A stretch of DNA of 48,235 bases from IMG/VR virus record IMGVR_UViG_3300037962_000731, positions 1-48,235 of that record. One strand, 5' to 3'. The stretch is from a virus. Lineage: Duplodnaviria; Caudoviricetes. Every line of letters begins with the position of its first letter. Within the stretch, counting starts at the first letter, position 1. Under the pieces are notes generated by a model. It was not told the origin of the DNA, ran no database searches, and worked only from the letters and a program-made list of their open reading frames with translations. This document shows positions 35,656-43,408 of this stretch, in pieces. The translations under genes were made by a program, and so were the position numbers.

Positions 35656-35853
35656 ATGGTGCTAATCGAAATCCGTTGCACTCAGTGCAATCGCAAGCTG
35701 GCCAACGTCAGCGACTACCAGTTCATAGAAATAAAGTGTCCGCGTTGCAGGCACTTAAACCAGCAGAGAGCCACGAGCTCCAAACCACCAAAGGAGATGC
35801 CTCGTGGCTACCCCAATCATTCCCTGGATGGGCGGCAAGCGCCGCCTCGCTGA
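35656..35853 (+). CDS. com: Com-family zinc-ribbon translational regulator
   Basis: 'EIRCTQCNRKLA...IEIKCPRCRHLN'; overlaps methylase start. Confidence 0.88.
   Translation: MVLIEIRCTQCNRKLANVSDYQFIEIKCPRCRHLNQQRATSSKPPKEMPRGYPNHSLDGRQAPPR
35769..35809 (+). promoter_or_regulatory. Translation-inhibition hairpin over methylase RBS and start codon
   Basis: AGCCACGAG/CTCGTGGCT (9 bp, covers GTG 35804) plus CTCC/GGAG (covers SD). Confidence 0.7.
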
Positions 35854-36595
35854 TCGTATTTTTCCGCTAATGCCGCCACACCAATGCTACGTAGAGCCCT
35901 TCGCAGGAGGGGCTGCTCTATTTTTCCTGCGGCCATCGCCCGCAGACATAGAGGTGCTTAATGATGTTAACGGCGACCTAGTGAACCTCTACCGTGTTGT
36001 CCAGAACCATCTAGAAGAGTTCGTCAGGCAGTTTAAGTGGGCGCTCTCCAGCCGCCAGGTGTTTGAGTGGCTCAAGATGACGCGCCCTGAAACGCTCACT
36101 GATATACAGCGGGCCGCCCGCTTCTATTACCTCCAGCAGAATGCCTTTGGTGCCCGCATTGAAGGCCAAACGTTTGGTACTGCCACCACCACGCCACCAG
36201 GCTTGAACCTGCTGCGCTTAGAGGAAACGCTATCAGCGGCTCACTTGCGCCTATCAAGCACCTTTATAGAGCACCTAAGCTGGCAGAACTGCATTGAGCG
36301 ATATGACCGCCCACACACTCTCTTTTATATGGACCCGCCCTACTGGCAGACAGAAGGATATGGGGTACCCTTTGGCATAGAGCAGTACGAGGAAATGGCA
36401 AGCATGCTGGCCAAGCTGAAAGGCAAGGCCATCATAAGCCTCAACGACCACCCAGACATCCGCCGGATCTTCGCGAATTACCACATCGAAACCACCGACA
36501 TCCGCTACACCGTCGGCGGCGGCAAAGGCTCAGACGCCAAAGAAGTGCTGATCTTTAGTTGGGATGTGGATGCGGAGCCAGCAGGGCTGTTTTAG
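35804..36595 (+). CDS. D12-class N6-adenine DNA methyltransferase
   Basis: 'PWMGGK', 'YVEPFAGG', 'LNDVN', catalytic 'DPPY'. Confidence 0.93.
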   Translation: MATPIIPWMGGKRRLADRIFPLMPPHQCYVEPFAGGAALFFLRPSPADIEVLNDVNGDLVNLYRVVQNHLEEFVRQFKWALSSRQVFEWLKMTRPETLTDIQRAARFYYLQQNAFGARIEGQTFGTATTTPPGLNLLRLEETLSAAHLRLSSTFIEHLSWQNCIERYDRPHTLFYMDPPYWQTEGYGVPFGIEQYEEMASMLAKLKGKAIISLNDHPDIRRIFANYHIETTDIRYTVGGGKGSDAKEVLIFSWDVDAEPAGLF

Positions 36596-36609
36596 AAACA
36601 GGGGATATT

Positions 36610-36840
36610 ATGTGCCACCCAAGCCGCATACCTCAGAAATGGATTTTTATAGTCAGTTGGATTGATGATGCAGGGCCTTATGCATGCGCCACTTTTGCAA
36701 ACCCTGAGGATGAGAATGAAATGCAGGATACTCAATTACTGACAGGTGGGAAGACGGTTGAAGAAATTGCGCTTATTAAGAATATACCCGTGAGAGGCAT
36801 GGAATGGTGGATGCTTAGAGAGCGAATACTAGATTATTGA
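36610..36840 (+). CDS. Small AT-rich hypothetical protein at right end
   Basis: GGGGA before ATG 36610, 76 aa. Confidence 0.5.
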   Translation: MCHPSRIPQKWIFIVSWIDDAGPYACATFANPEDENEMQDTQLLTGGKTVEEIALIKNIPVRGMEWWMLRERILDY

Positions 36841-36943
36841 ATACCAAAATATGTACGAATTCTCTTGGTATTTACACAGAAGGGATTTGAGTTCTTTATG
36901 CCAAAGATACAGCAAAAGCTCTCAGCTATATCGCGCAATAGGC

Positions 36944-36991
36944 AGTGCCAAATCCCTCGCCAAAGAGTGCCAAATCCCTCGCGCGTTTACA
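36944..36991 (+). repeat. Mu-like right end: transposase-binding repeats and terminal CA
   Basis: AGTGCCAAATCCCTCGC at 36944-36960 and 36966-36982 (22-bp period), then GCGTTTACA; weaker TGCCAAA at 36899. Confidence 0.85.
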
Positions 36992-37032
36992 AGTACCTTG
37001 CAGTATTTCTATACCCACCATAGACCCAACAA

Positions 37033-37060
37033 AAAAGGCCACCCGCTTGGGTGGCCTTTT
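37033..37060. terminator. Bidirectional intrinsic terminator
   Basis: AAAAGGCCACCC-GCTT-GGGTGGCCTTTT; lies 3' of the tRNA remnant on the minus strand. Confidence 0.85.
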
Positions 37061-37095
37061 GTATTCTCTAATGCTTTGCTTTTCAACCACTTAAG

Positions 37096-37140
37096 TGGTG
37101 CCGACACCAGGAGTCGAACCCGGGACCTACTGATTACAAG
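37096..37140 (-). repeat. att core: 3' half of tRNA-Thr(UGU)
   Basis: Minus strand CTTGTAA-TCAGT-AGGTC-CCGGGTTCGACTCCTGG-TGTCGGC-ACCA: anticodon loop, T arm, CCA; 5' half absent. Confidence 0.88.
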
Positions 37141-37179
37141 AACCTTACTTACTAGCTCGCAGCAGCACGTTTATTTTAA

Positions 37180-37246
37180 AATCAATCACTTACACTTACC
37201 TGAAAATTCATTGCAGCTCATTAAAGCATGTTTCTGTGGACACTTT
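37180..37246 (+). promoter_or_regulatory. att arm: IHF site and integrase arm-type site
   Basis: AATCAATCACTTA(37180-37192) fits WATCAANNNNTTR; TGTGGACACTTT(37235-37246) recurs as TGTAGACACTTT at 48220-48231. Confidence 0.65.
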
Positions 37247-37313
37247 TCACTTTATTTGACCATGAAACAACTAGCAACACTGGAATAATACTTAAAATAT
37301 TAACTTCATCCTA

Positions 37314-38165
37314 CTAATAACCATTCCTTATTCTTAAAAAATCACCTAACTTCAACCCTCCTATAAATTTCAAAGTTTTATCTATATCATCTTTTTCAAT
37401 CTCAAACTTAAGAAAATCAAAACTACCCTTCTTAGGAACAACTATGTAGAATTTTGCATCACTATTCTTACCTCTCACAATATCAAAAATTGTTTTAGCT
37501 TTATTGGCATCAGCTTTAAAACCAAAATAAACCTCTTTTATTTCTTTATCTTTAACATGCATTTTATCTTTAAGGCTTATAATTCTATATTCAGACTCAT
37601 AACTCCAATCTATACTTTTATAGCTTAGTATTTCCCTGGCAATGTTATAGCTATTTCTTTCCAAAGCTTCATAGATATTTAATTCAGGTATTGATTCATC
37701 ATCAATATATTCGACTTTTATAAAATCTTTGTCGTCAAATTCGTAGCCTATACAAATCCCTGTGATTTTATCTGCATAATGCCCCCACATTATTGGACTG
37801 TTTTCAGGTGGGCAATCTGAAAAAGAGCTAGTTCTGTACACCTCTCCGATCAAACTTAAAAACTCAATGCTTAAAAACCTGCTATAGCTTAATTTGTTTT
37901 TATTAGTTTCTTTCTCATTTTCAACCCTTTGGTGAAATTTTTTTAACTTATTTCTATCAATCCCATTTAAGTCATTACTTAAATTCTTTTCAAGCTTTAA
38001 AATTGCATTATTTATAGCATCCCAATCTTTATCCTTAAGATCATAATCAACGTTCAAAGAAAATTCACAACCATCATTTAGGCTATTTATTTCTGAAAAA
38101 TAAATCTCATTGTTAAAAATATTTATAATTGACCATTCATTCATACTACTATATTTATATAGCAC
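37314..38165 (-). CDS. DUF2971-family protein (inovirus cargo)
   Basis: 'LYKY', 'LND..E', 'SFS', 'MWGHYAD..GICIGY', 'KSIDWSYESEYRII', 'EVYFG'; very AT-rich. Confidence 0.85.
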   Translation of the reverse strand: MLYKYSSMNEWSIINIFNNEIYFSEINSLNDGCEFSLNVDYDLKDKDWDAINNAILKLEKNLSNDLNGIDRNKLKKFHQRVENEKETNKNKLSYSRFLSIEFLSLIGEVYRTSSFSDCPPENSPIMWGHYADKITGICIGYEFDDKDFIKVEYIDDESIPELNIYEALERNSYNIAREILSYKSIDWSYESEYRIISLKDKMHVKDKEIKEVYFGFKADANKAKTIFDIVRGKNSDAKFYIVVPKKGSFDFLKFEIEKDDIDKTLKFIGGLKLGDFLRIRNGY

Positions 38166-38194
38166 AAGGCACCTTTTAGTTTTAATAAATTAAT

Positions 38195-38734
38195 TCACTG
38201 AAGTGCATCTAAATACAAGTCAGACTTTTCCAATAGATTAGCATTACAACCACCAATATTAAAATAAAGACCATTATACTCAAACCTATAATTTAGACTT
38301 TGAATATCTCTTAAAACCATGTCCTCTTGAGCTTGAGCATTGCACAAAAAATCAGCCGCCCCTCTATTAAAAGTGTCACTTATTCTTTGCCTTTCTGCTA
38401 GCCCCCATCGGTCACCTTCAATATTACTACCAGTCAAAGTAACCATTGCTATATTAATAAGCACATCACTTGCACACACATAATGCCTCTCTCCGTCATC
38501 AAACTCCCTATGCATAATGAACATATTCTTAGAGCACCCTTCTCTAACTGTTTCATCATCAACAGATAAGACAATAAGGTTTTTATCAACCAGGGCAGTC
38601 TCTAAGGAGAGTAAAAAATCAAAAACATTTCCTTTAAATTCATGGCTTTTAATATTATTTTCTAGCGACATAGCACTTGCATTACTAGCAGTTATTAAAG
38701 CAAAGCTTATAATCCACTTTATAACTTTACCCAC
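38195..38734 (-). CDS. Exported hypothetical protein (inovirus cargo)
   Basis: SD GGAGG before GTG 38734; signal peptide 'MGKVIKWIISFALITASNASA'; four Cys; AT-rich. Confidence 0.7.
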   Translation of the reverse strand: MGKVIKWIISFALITASNASAMSLENNIKSHEFKGNVFDFLLSLETALVDKNLIVLSVDDETVREGCSKNMFIMHREFDDGERHYVCASDVLINIAMVTLTGSNIEGDRWGLAERQRISDTFNRGAADFLCNAQAQEDMVLRDIQSLNYRFEYNGLYFNIGGCNANLLEKSDLYLDALQ

Positions 38735-38776
38735 AATCCCTACCTCCCTGGAACCATCTATCCACAACCCTTTGTG

Positions 38777-39061
38777 CTATTCGGTATCCGTTCCCGTTTT
38801 CTTCAACGTGCTGCGCGCCCTCTCTATATCGGGGCTTATTTGTCCGCACGTCTCATCTGTCATGCCAGTCATTAGCCAAAGCGTGTATTTCGGCCACTGC
38901 TTGCAGATTGACTCTAATAGGTCGCCTTTAGGTACTCGACCTGTCTGCTCAATCCCTTCAAGAGTTTTCTTAGCAATTCCAATTAGTTGCGAAAACTCTC
39001 CCCTTCCTGAAGTTTCCACTTCACGAATTTCACGGATTTTTTTTGCAAGCTCGCTTGACAT
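38777..39061 (-). CDS. XRE-family phage repressor
   Basis: 'KIREIRE...RGEFSQLIGI...IEQTGRVP...KYTLWLMTG...GQISP', the P2 C / Pf repressor pattern. Confidence 0.88.
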   Translation of the reverse strand: MSSELAKKIREIREVETSGRGEFSQLIGIAKKTLEGIEQTGRVPKGDLLESICKQWPKYTLWLMTGMTDETCGQISPDIERARSTLKKTGTDTE

Positions 39062-39113
39062 ATACTCAACTCTGAGTAACCTTAGTTATGAGTGTACTTT
39101 ACTTTAAGTACAC
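39055..39113. promoter_or_regulatory. Inovirus switch: operators and rightward promoter
   Basis: TACTCA-N4-TGAGTA(39063-39078), GTGTACTT-N6-AAGTACAC(39092-39113), TTGACA(39055)-16 bp-TAACCT. Confidence 0.55.
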
Positions 39114-39197
39114 GCTAGCAGCGCCATGACAACGATTGTTTGACGCTGTGTTGACAAAGAAAGCCTACCACAACATGCCACAGCGAGCAGGTACAGC

Positions 39198-39407
39198 ATG
39201 GAAACGAGCATCACGCCCCACGTCTCAGCGCCTCAAGTGCCCGTTATGACGATCGAGCGTTTCTCAGAGCTTTCTGGCCTATCCCCCGACACCGTTCGCG
39301 GTCAGATGAACCAAGGGAACCTCCCCATCATCAAGGTGGGTCGTCGTCGCCTGGTGAACGTCGCGCTCTTTACCGCTGAGTGCCTGCAATCGGAGGACTG
39401 GCCATGA
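39198..39407 (+). CDS. Excisionase / Cox-like DNA-binding protein
   Basis: 'VMTIERFSELSGLSPDTVRGQMNQGNLPIIKVGRRRLVN'; divergent from repressor. Confidence 0.82.
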   Translation: METSITPHVSAPQVPVMTIERFSELSGLSPDTVRGQMNQGNLPIIKVGRRRLVNVALFTAECLQSEDWP

Positions 39408-40120
39408 GCGCCCTAGCAAACGCCCCCATCTACACACTGTCAGCGTTCACCACTCACACCCTAGACGTTGTAGGCACCTTTTACGCCGCGTCTCTACAGT
39501 GCGATGGGCATTTTTACACTGGCTGCAACCAGGACGGCTCTGTTGGTCTACACGTTCGCGCTGATGGCACCGTAAAACTGTTCTTCCCAACGGATCACCT
39601 GCTGACCCTCGACCTCTCAGGCGTCACCTACAACGACCTGATGGCCATGATCGACAGTGACGGCAAGCGCTACTGCATTCGTTTCCCCAGCTACCGCGCC
39701 GCGCTCGACTTCCTGGCACGGAACTACGGCATCACCGATGCCCCCGACGACCCCAGCAACACCGAGCGCGCTTCTGCATCGGCACCTTCACCCACCGACG
39801 CCTCCCCTTGCCCCTCGGTAATGGTGCTACCCGCGCAACTATCCACACGCCCACGGCTAACGCGTCGTCCGTTATCCACAACGGCCTTTAGCCCCAACGG
39901 AGTTATGCACATGGCAAAGAAACAGCCCATCCGCGTGTTTCTCGACCCCGACACCCACAGCCGCCACCTCATTCAGGCAGGCACCAACGGCTTAACGTCG
40001 TCCGGCCTCTCTGAACGGCTGATTGAGTACGGCCTAGCGCAACTGGAAAACGGCAACAAAGCACCGCTTGAGTCGCTTTCCCGCGCCGCCTCCCCCGCTC
40101 CCCACTGCAACGAGGCCTGA
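39404..40120 (+). CDS. Hypothetical protein, apparently fused to a C-terminal ribbon-helix-helix module with its own start (39911)
   Basis: ATGA-coupled to xis; low-complexity Pro/Ser linker; GGAG(39899) before in-frame ATG 'MAKKQPIRVFLDPD'. Confidence 0.55.
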   Translation: MSALANAPIYTLSAFTTHTLDVVGTFYAASLQCDGHFYTGCNQDGSVGLHVRADGTVKLFFPTDHLLTLDLSGVTYNDLMAMIDSDGKRYCIRFPSYRAALDFLARNYGITDAPDDPSNTERASASAPSPTDASPCPSVMVLPAQLSTRPRLTRRPLSTTAFSPNGVMHMAKKQPIRVFLDPDTHSRHLIQAGTNGLTSSGLSERLIEYGLAQLENGNKAPLESLSRAASPAPHCNEA

Positions 40121-40125
40121 TCCCT

Positions 40126-40491
40126 ATGTCCCCCTGCCCGTCATCCGTCGCCCTTCGGTCGCACGGCGTCCTTAGCCAGCAGCGGACAGACTGTCAACCC
40201 CTTTTTGTGGGGTTAAAAAAGGGGTTGACCGGCTGGCCGATGTTGGCTGCCGTGCAGAAAGACCGACGGGCAAACGGAGGGCGGGTAGGGGGACCCCCCT
40301 GCCTTGATTCCCGAGCTTTGAGGGAGCGGGGCCAGCGGTGCCTCCACGGCCGGGACTACGCACGAGCCGCGACCTACTACGCCCAGGCGGAATACCTGAC
40401 GTTAGTACAGACCGGCATTACACCTGAAACCACTGAGCTAGCCATTCTCGCGGACTACTGCTTAACCCAAGCCGCCAGAACCCAACGCTAA
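40126..40491 (+). CDS. Hypothetical protein (start uncertain; overlaps hairpins)
   Basis: Open frame filling the gap before SSB; C-terminal half helical. Confidence 0.4.
   Translation: MSPCPSSVALRSHGVLSQQRTDCQPLFVGLKKGLTGWPMLAAVQKDRRANGGRVGGPPCLDSRALRERGQRCLHGRDYARAATYYAQAEYLTLVQTGITPETTELAILADYCLTQAARTQR
40193..40229. repeat. 14-bp perfect inverted repeat, candidate ssDNA signal
   Basis: GTCAACCCCTTTTT-N9-AAAAAGGGGTTGAC. Confidence 0.7.
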
Positions 40492-40503
40492 CGAAAAGGA
40501 AAC

Positions 40504-40833
40504 ATGACCATGATCAACACCATTCAAGCCCACGTAATCGGTGCCTCTCGCTACAGCATGGACAACGGCGTTAAAGGCGCAAAAGTCACCATCATGCAAC
40601 CTTCCGCGTCTGACAACGATAACCAGCTTGGCAACCAAGTCAGCACCATGTCAGCGCCTTATGAAATTCTCGACCAGCTCCATGCATTTGCACCTCACAT
40701 GCCTTGCGCCTTGGAACTGGATATTGAATTTCGGTCGTCCGGCGGCAAAGCCACCATGCACGTCCTTGCTGCCCGCAAACCCAACGCCACCGGCAGCCAA
40801 CACGCACCGTCTGCCAGCAGCGACAAGAAATAG
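40504..40833 (+). CDS. ssDNA-binding protein (pV-like)
   Basis: Size, beta-rich sequence and slot before minor coat genes; SD AAGGA. Confidence 0.7.
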   Translation: MTMINTIQAHVIGASRYSMDNGVKGAKVTIMQPSASDNDNQLGNQVSTMSAPYEILDQLHAFAPHMPCALELDIEFRSSGGKATMHVLAARKPNATGSQHAPSASSDKK

Positions 40834-40844
40834 GATTTTGAGCC

Positions 40845-40943
40845 ATGGACACAAGCACACCTGAAGGTCTATGGCTCCTGGTTTATTGCGTCGGCCTCGT
40901 CCTTGCTTTCGGGATCGGCGCGATAAATGGGGGGCAACGATGA
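40845..40943 (+). CDS. Minor coat protein pVII-like, 32 aa (not in ORF track)
   Basis: MDTSTPEGLWLLVYCVGLVLAFGIGAINGGQR, single TM, ATGA-coupled. Confidence 0.75.
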   Translation: MDTSTPEGLWLLVYCVGLVLAFGIGAINGGQR

Positions 40944-41056
40944 ACGATCCCAGCCTTACGTTTGTGGTTAGCACCCTTTTCACGTCCTACGCCCTCGGTT
41001 GGGCCTTTGGACACATCATTTTATCTGTAAAACGCTTTATGGAGTCAGTCTCATGA
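40940..41056 (+). CDS. Minor coat protein pIX-like, 38 aa
   Basis: MNDPSLTFVVSTLFTSYALGWAFGHIILSVKRFMESVS, ATGA-coupled on both sides. Confidence 0.75.
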   Translation: MNDPSLTFVVSTLFTSYALGWAFGHIILSVKRFMESVS

Positions 41057-41310
41057 CCAAGCAAACCGTTATTCAAACCCTCGCCGCCACCGTCAACACC
41101 ACCAAAGCCAAGGTTGCAGGCGGTGCCGCCCTGCTTCTAGGTTCCGCTGCTGCTCACGCCCAGGAGGCTACCGGCGCATCAGCAGCTTTTACTGAGGTGC
41201 AAGCCGCCGGTACTGAAATGGCCGGTTACGCATGGCCGGTGGTCGCTTCTATCACCGCTGCTTTGATCGGCATCAAGTTGTTTAAGAAGTTTGCCAACCG
41301 CGCGTCTTAA
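41053..41310 (+). CDS. Major coat protein pVIII
   Basis: 36-aa leader ending AHA, 49-aa mature 'GYAWPVV...IGIKLFKKFANRAS', close to Ff pVIII. Confidence 0.93.
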   Translation: MTKQTVIQTLAATVNTTKAKVAGGAALLLGSAAAHAQEATGASAAFTEVQAAGTEMAGYAWPVVASITAALIGIKLFKKFANRAS

Positions 41311-41332
41311 TACCGCTAAGCAAGGGACAACC

Positions 41333-41355
41333 AAGGGGCGGAAACGCCCCTTTTT
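41333..41355 (+). terminator. Intrinsic terminator after coat gene
   Basis: AAGGGGCG-GAAA-CGCCCCTT-TTT. Confidence 0.85.
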
Positions 41356-41371
41356 ATATAACGAGGACAAC

Positions 41372-43057
41372 ATGATTAAAAAAGCCGTTTTATTATCCAC
41401 TTTAACGCCTTTTTTAATGGTGTTTTCTGATTATTCTTTTGCTTGGCGTGCTGAAAGTTTTGGGTATGGTAATACCACTACTGATCTTTCTAGAGCGCAG
41501 AGTTTAATGTCTGAACGATGCACTTCAACGAAAGCTTGTTGGCTTAGGAGTTATACTCAAGGCAGTTACACTTATTATATGGTATACACTAAGAGTCTTT
41601 CTTCGCTTACCGAAGATGATCTTGTTGAAAAGGAGCCTATATTTTTTTCTGCTCTTGATGATGATGAATGTAATTCTGAAAACGGCTCATCTATCAACGT
41701 ATCTCCATCTTCTGCTAATTATCTTCAAACTGGCGGCTCTGTAAAAACTCATGGTGGTGCCTGTTCTATTTCTGCTAGTAGTTCAGTTTCTGCTTGTTAT
41801 GATGCAGGAGGTGGTGTTTCGTGTACTTTAGATATAGTTTCAGAGTCAACTGGTGAGCTTCGCGCTTATATTCCTGACTCTCCTTTAAATGGTGCTTGGG
41901 GAGAGGGTGACGGCACGTTTTCAGTAGTTGATTTTTCCGGTAACGATTATTTAACGGAGCTTCCTGGTGGTTGCTCTGATAACTCCAGTTGTGTTGCGAT
42001 TGGTGATAAATCATATCTAGTTGATTGGGATAGCGCGCCTGACTATTTTGAATATGTAGGTTCAGACGGCAATACCTATTCAAAGCCGAGTTCCGGTGGC
42101 GGCTCTGGTGGTGATACTGGCGGCGGTGATCCTACCGACCCAACAAACCCTACCGACCCCACCGACCCAGGCGGTAACGATGGCGGCGATTCTGGTGGTG
42201 ATTCCGGCGGCAGTGATGGCGGTAACGATTCCGGCGATGGTTCCGGCGGTTCCTCGGGTGGCGGTGGTAGTTCTGGTGGCGGCTCTACCGTACCGGATTT
42301 TGAGTTTGACGAATCCGGCATTATTGAGGCTATCGGCTCCGCTGGCCAATCCAACCGCAACGCTATCAATGCCCTGTCTAATGATGTCACTAGTTCAATT
42401 AACAATCAGACCAATGAGCTAAACAACGCGACCTCTGCTCAAACAGATGCTTTGAGCGGTGCGCTTAGCAATCAAACAGATACGCTTTCCAACTCCCTCG
42501 ACAGCCAGACTGACACCATTACCGGTGCATTAAATGATCAAACCGGCACATTGTCTGGCTCTCTCGATGCCCTTGGCACGTCTATTGTCGATGCCATTAA
42601 TGCGTTTGGCTCTGTCGAAGGTGAAGGTGAAAGCGATGGGGAAGGCACCGAGGGGGATGGCCTTTTAGATGGTATCTCGAACCTGTTTAACGGTCTCGTC
42701 GATGACCTTGCTTCTCGTTTTACCGAAGACCTTGGTAACGGTGACGACCTTTTTAACTCCTCCAGTATGGATCAAACCCTCGATGGATTAGCCGAGGAGC
42801 AACAAGGCTATAACGACGAGGTTAACACCTTAATGGATCAAATCGGCGATGGGTCTAGCTCTGGCATTGCTGATCAAGTTGTCTCTCGCCTTCCTTCATT
42901 ACCGTCAGGCTCCTGCACCCCGCTCCAGTTCGGCGTGATGGAAATTTCCTGCCAAGCCTTTAACACCATTAAGGCTTGGCTCTCCTGGATCATTTATTTC
43001 TGGACGGTCGTTAGTGTGATCGACACGTTCTTCCGTTCTGGCCAGAGGACTGCATAA
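41372..43057 (+). CDS. Attachment protein pIII
   Basis: Signal peptide, Cys-rich N domains, Gly/Ser and DPT linkers, C-terminal TM anchor. Confidence 0.88.
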   Translation: MIKKAVLLSTLTPFLMVFSDYSFAWRAESFGYGNTTTDLSRAQSLMSERCTSTKACWLRSYTQGSYTYYMVYTKSLSSLTEDDLVEKEPIFFSALDDDECNSENGSSINVSPSSANYLQTGGSVKTHGGACSISASSSVSACYDAGGGVSCTLDIVSESTGELRAYIPDSPLNGAWGEGDGTFSVVDFSGNDYLTELPGGCSDNSSCVAIGDKSYLVDWDSAPDYFEYVGSDGNTYSKPSSGGGSGGDTGGGDPTDPTNPTDPTDPGGNDGGDSGGDSGGSDGGNDSGDGSGGSSGGGGSSGGGSTVPDFEFDESGIIEAIGSAGQSNRNAINALSNDVTSSINNQTNELNNATSAQTDALSGALSNQTDTLSNSLDSQTDTITGALNDQTGTLSGSLDALGTSIVDAINAFGSVEGEGESDGEGTEGDGLLDGISNLFNGLVDDLASRFTEDLGNGDDLFNSSSMDQTLDGLAEEQQGYNDEVNTLMDQIGDGSSSGIADQVVSRLPSLPSGSCTPLQFGVMEISCQAFNTIKAWLSWIIYFWTVVSVIDTFFRSGQRTA

Positions 43058-43408
43058 ATGGCGCTACCTGCAATGCTTGGCATGGGTGCGGTGATTGCAT
43101 TTGTCACCCGCATTCTGGAATGGATTGTTACCCGCATCGCTTCCCGAGTCACTAACCGCTTAGCGGGCATCCTCATTTGGACAACGCTCTACATCTCTCT
43201 TTTGGTCGGTCTTGCTGTCACGTTTTCGGCCATCATTAGCGGCATTAGTGCCTCCCTACCTGCCGACCTTTCCCAAGGTATCGCCGCTATCAAGCCTAAT
43301 AACTTTGAATCCTGTATGTCTGCCATCTATGGCAGCAAAGTCGCTGTTTGGGTGTTCCAGCAAAAACGCCAGTTAATCGACTGGGAGCAAGGGAGGCCCG
43401 TTCTCTAA
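43058..43408 (+). CDS. Minor coat protein pVI-like
   Basis: 116-aa hydrophobic protein between pIII and pI. Confidence 0.8.
   Translation: MALPAMLGMGAVIAFVTRILEWIVTRIASRVTNRLAGILIWTTLYISLLVGLAVTFSAIISGISASLPADLSQGIAAIKPNNFESCMSAIYGSKVAVWVFQQKRQLIDWEQGRPVL

Larger units (their letters stand above)
1..36991 (+). mobile_element. Mu-like transposable prophage, siphovirus-type tail; left end not in window
   Basis: Gene order repressor-ner-A-B-gemA-mor-lysis-terminase-portal-MuF-G-I-T-tail-com-methylase; no sheath gene, 1496-aa tape measure; right end with 17-bp direct repeats and terminal CA at 36990-36991. Confidence 0.95.

Noticed and set aside
35804-36595. mom gene or a restriction-modification system
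   Set aside because: DPPY methyltransferase motifs rather than the Mom fold; no adjacent endonuclease gene
36944-36982. CRISPR-like direct repeats
   Set aside because: Only two 17-bp copies with a 5-bp spacer next to a terminal CA; these fit transposase-binding sites. No array or cas genes seen in the window
37096-37140. Functional tRNA-Thr gene
   Set aside because: Similarity stops at the anticodon loop; D arm and 5' acceptor strand are missing, so it is called an att duplication
36851-37288. 145-aa plus-strand ORF
   Set aside because: Runs across the Mu-like end, terminator and antisense tRNA remnant; a chance frame over junction DNA
38517-39107. 196-aa plus-strand ORF
   Set aside because: Antisense to the repressor and the exported cargo gene, both better supported
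42090-42290. Gly/Ser/Asp microrepeats as a novel repeat element
   Set aside because: Ordinary flexible linker of pIII
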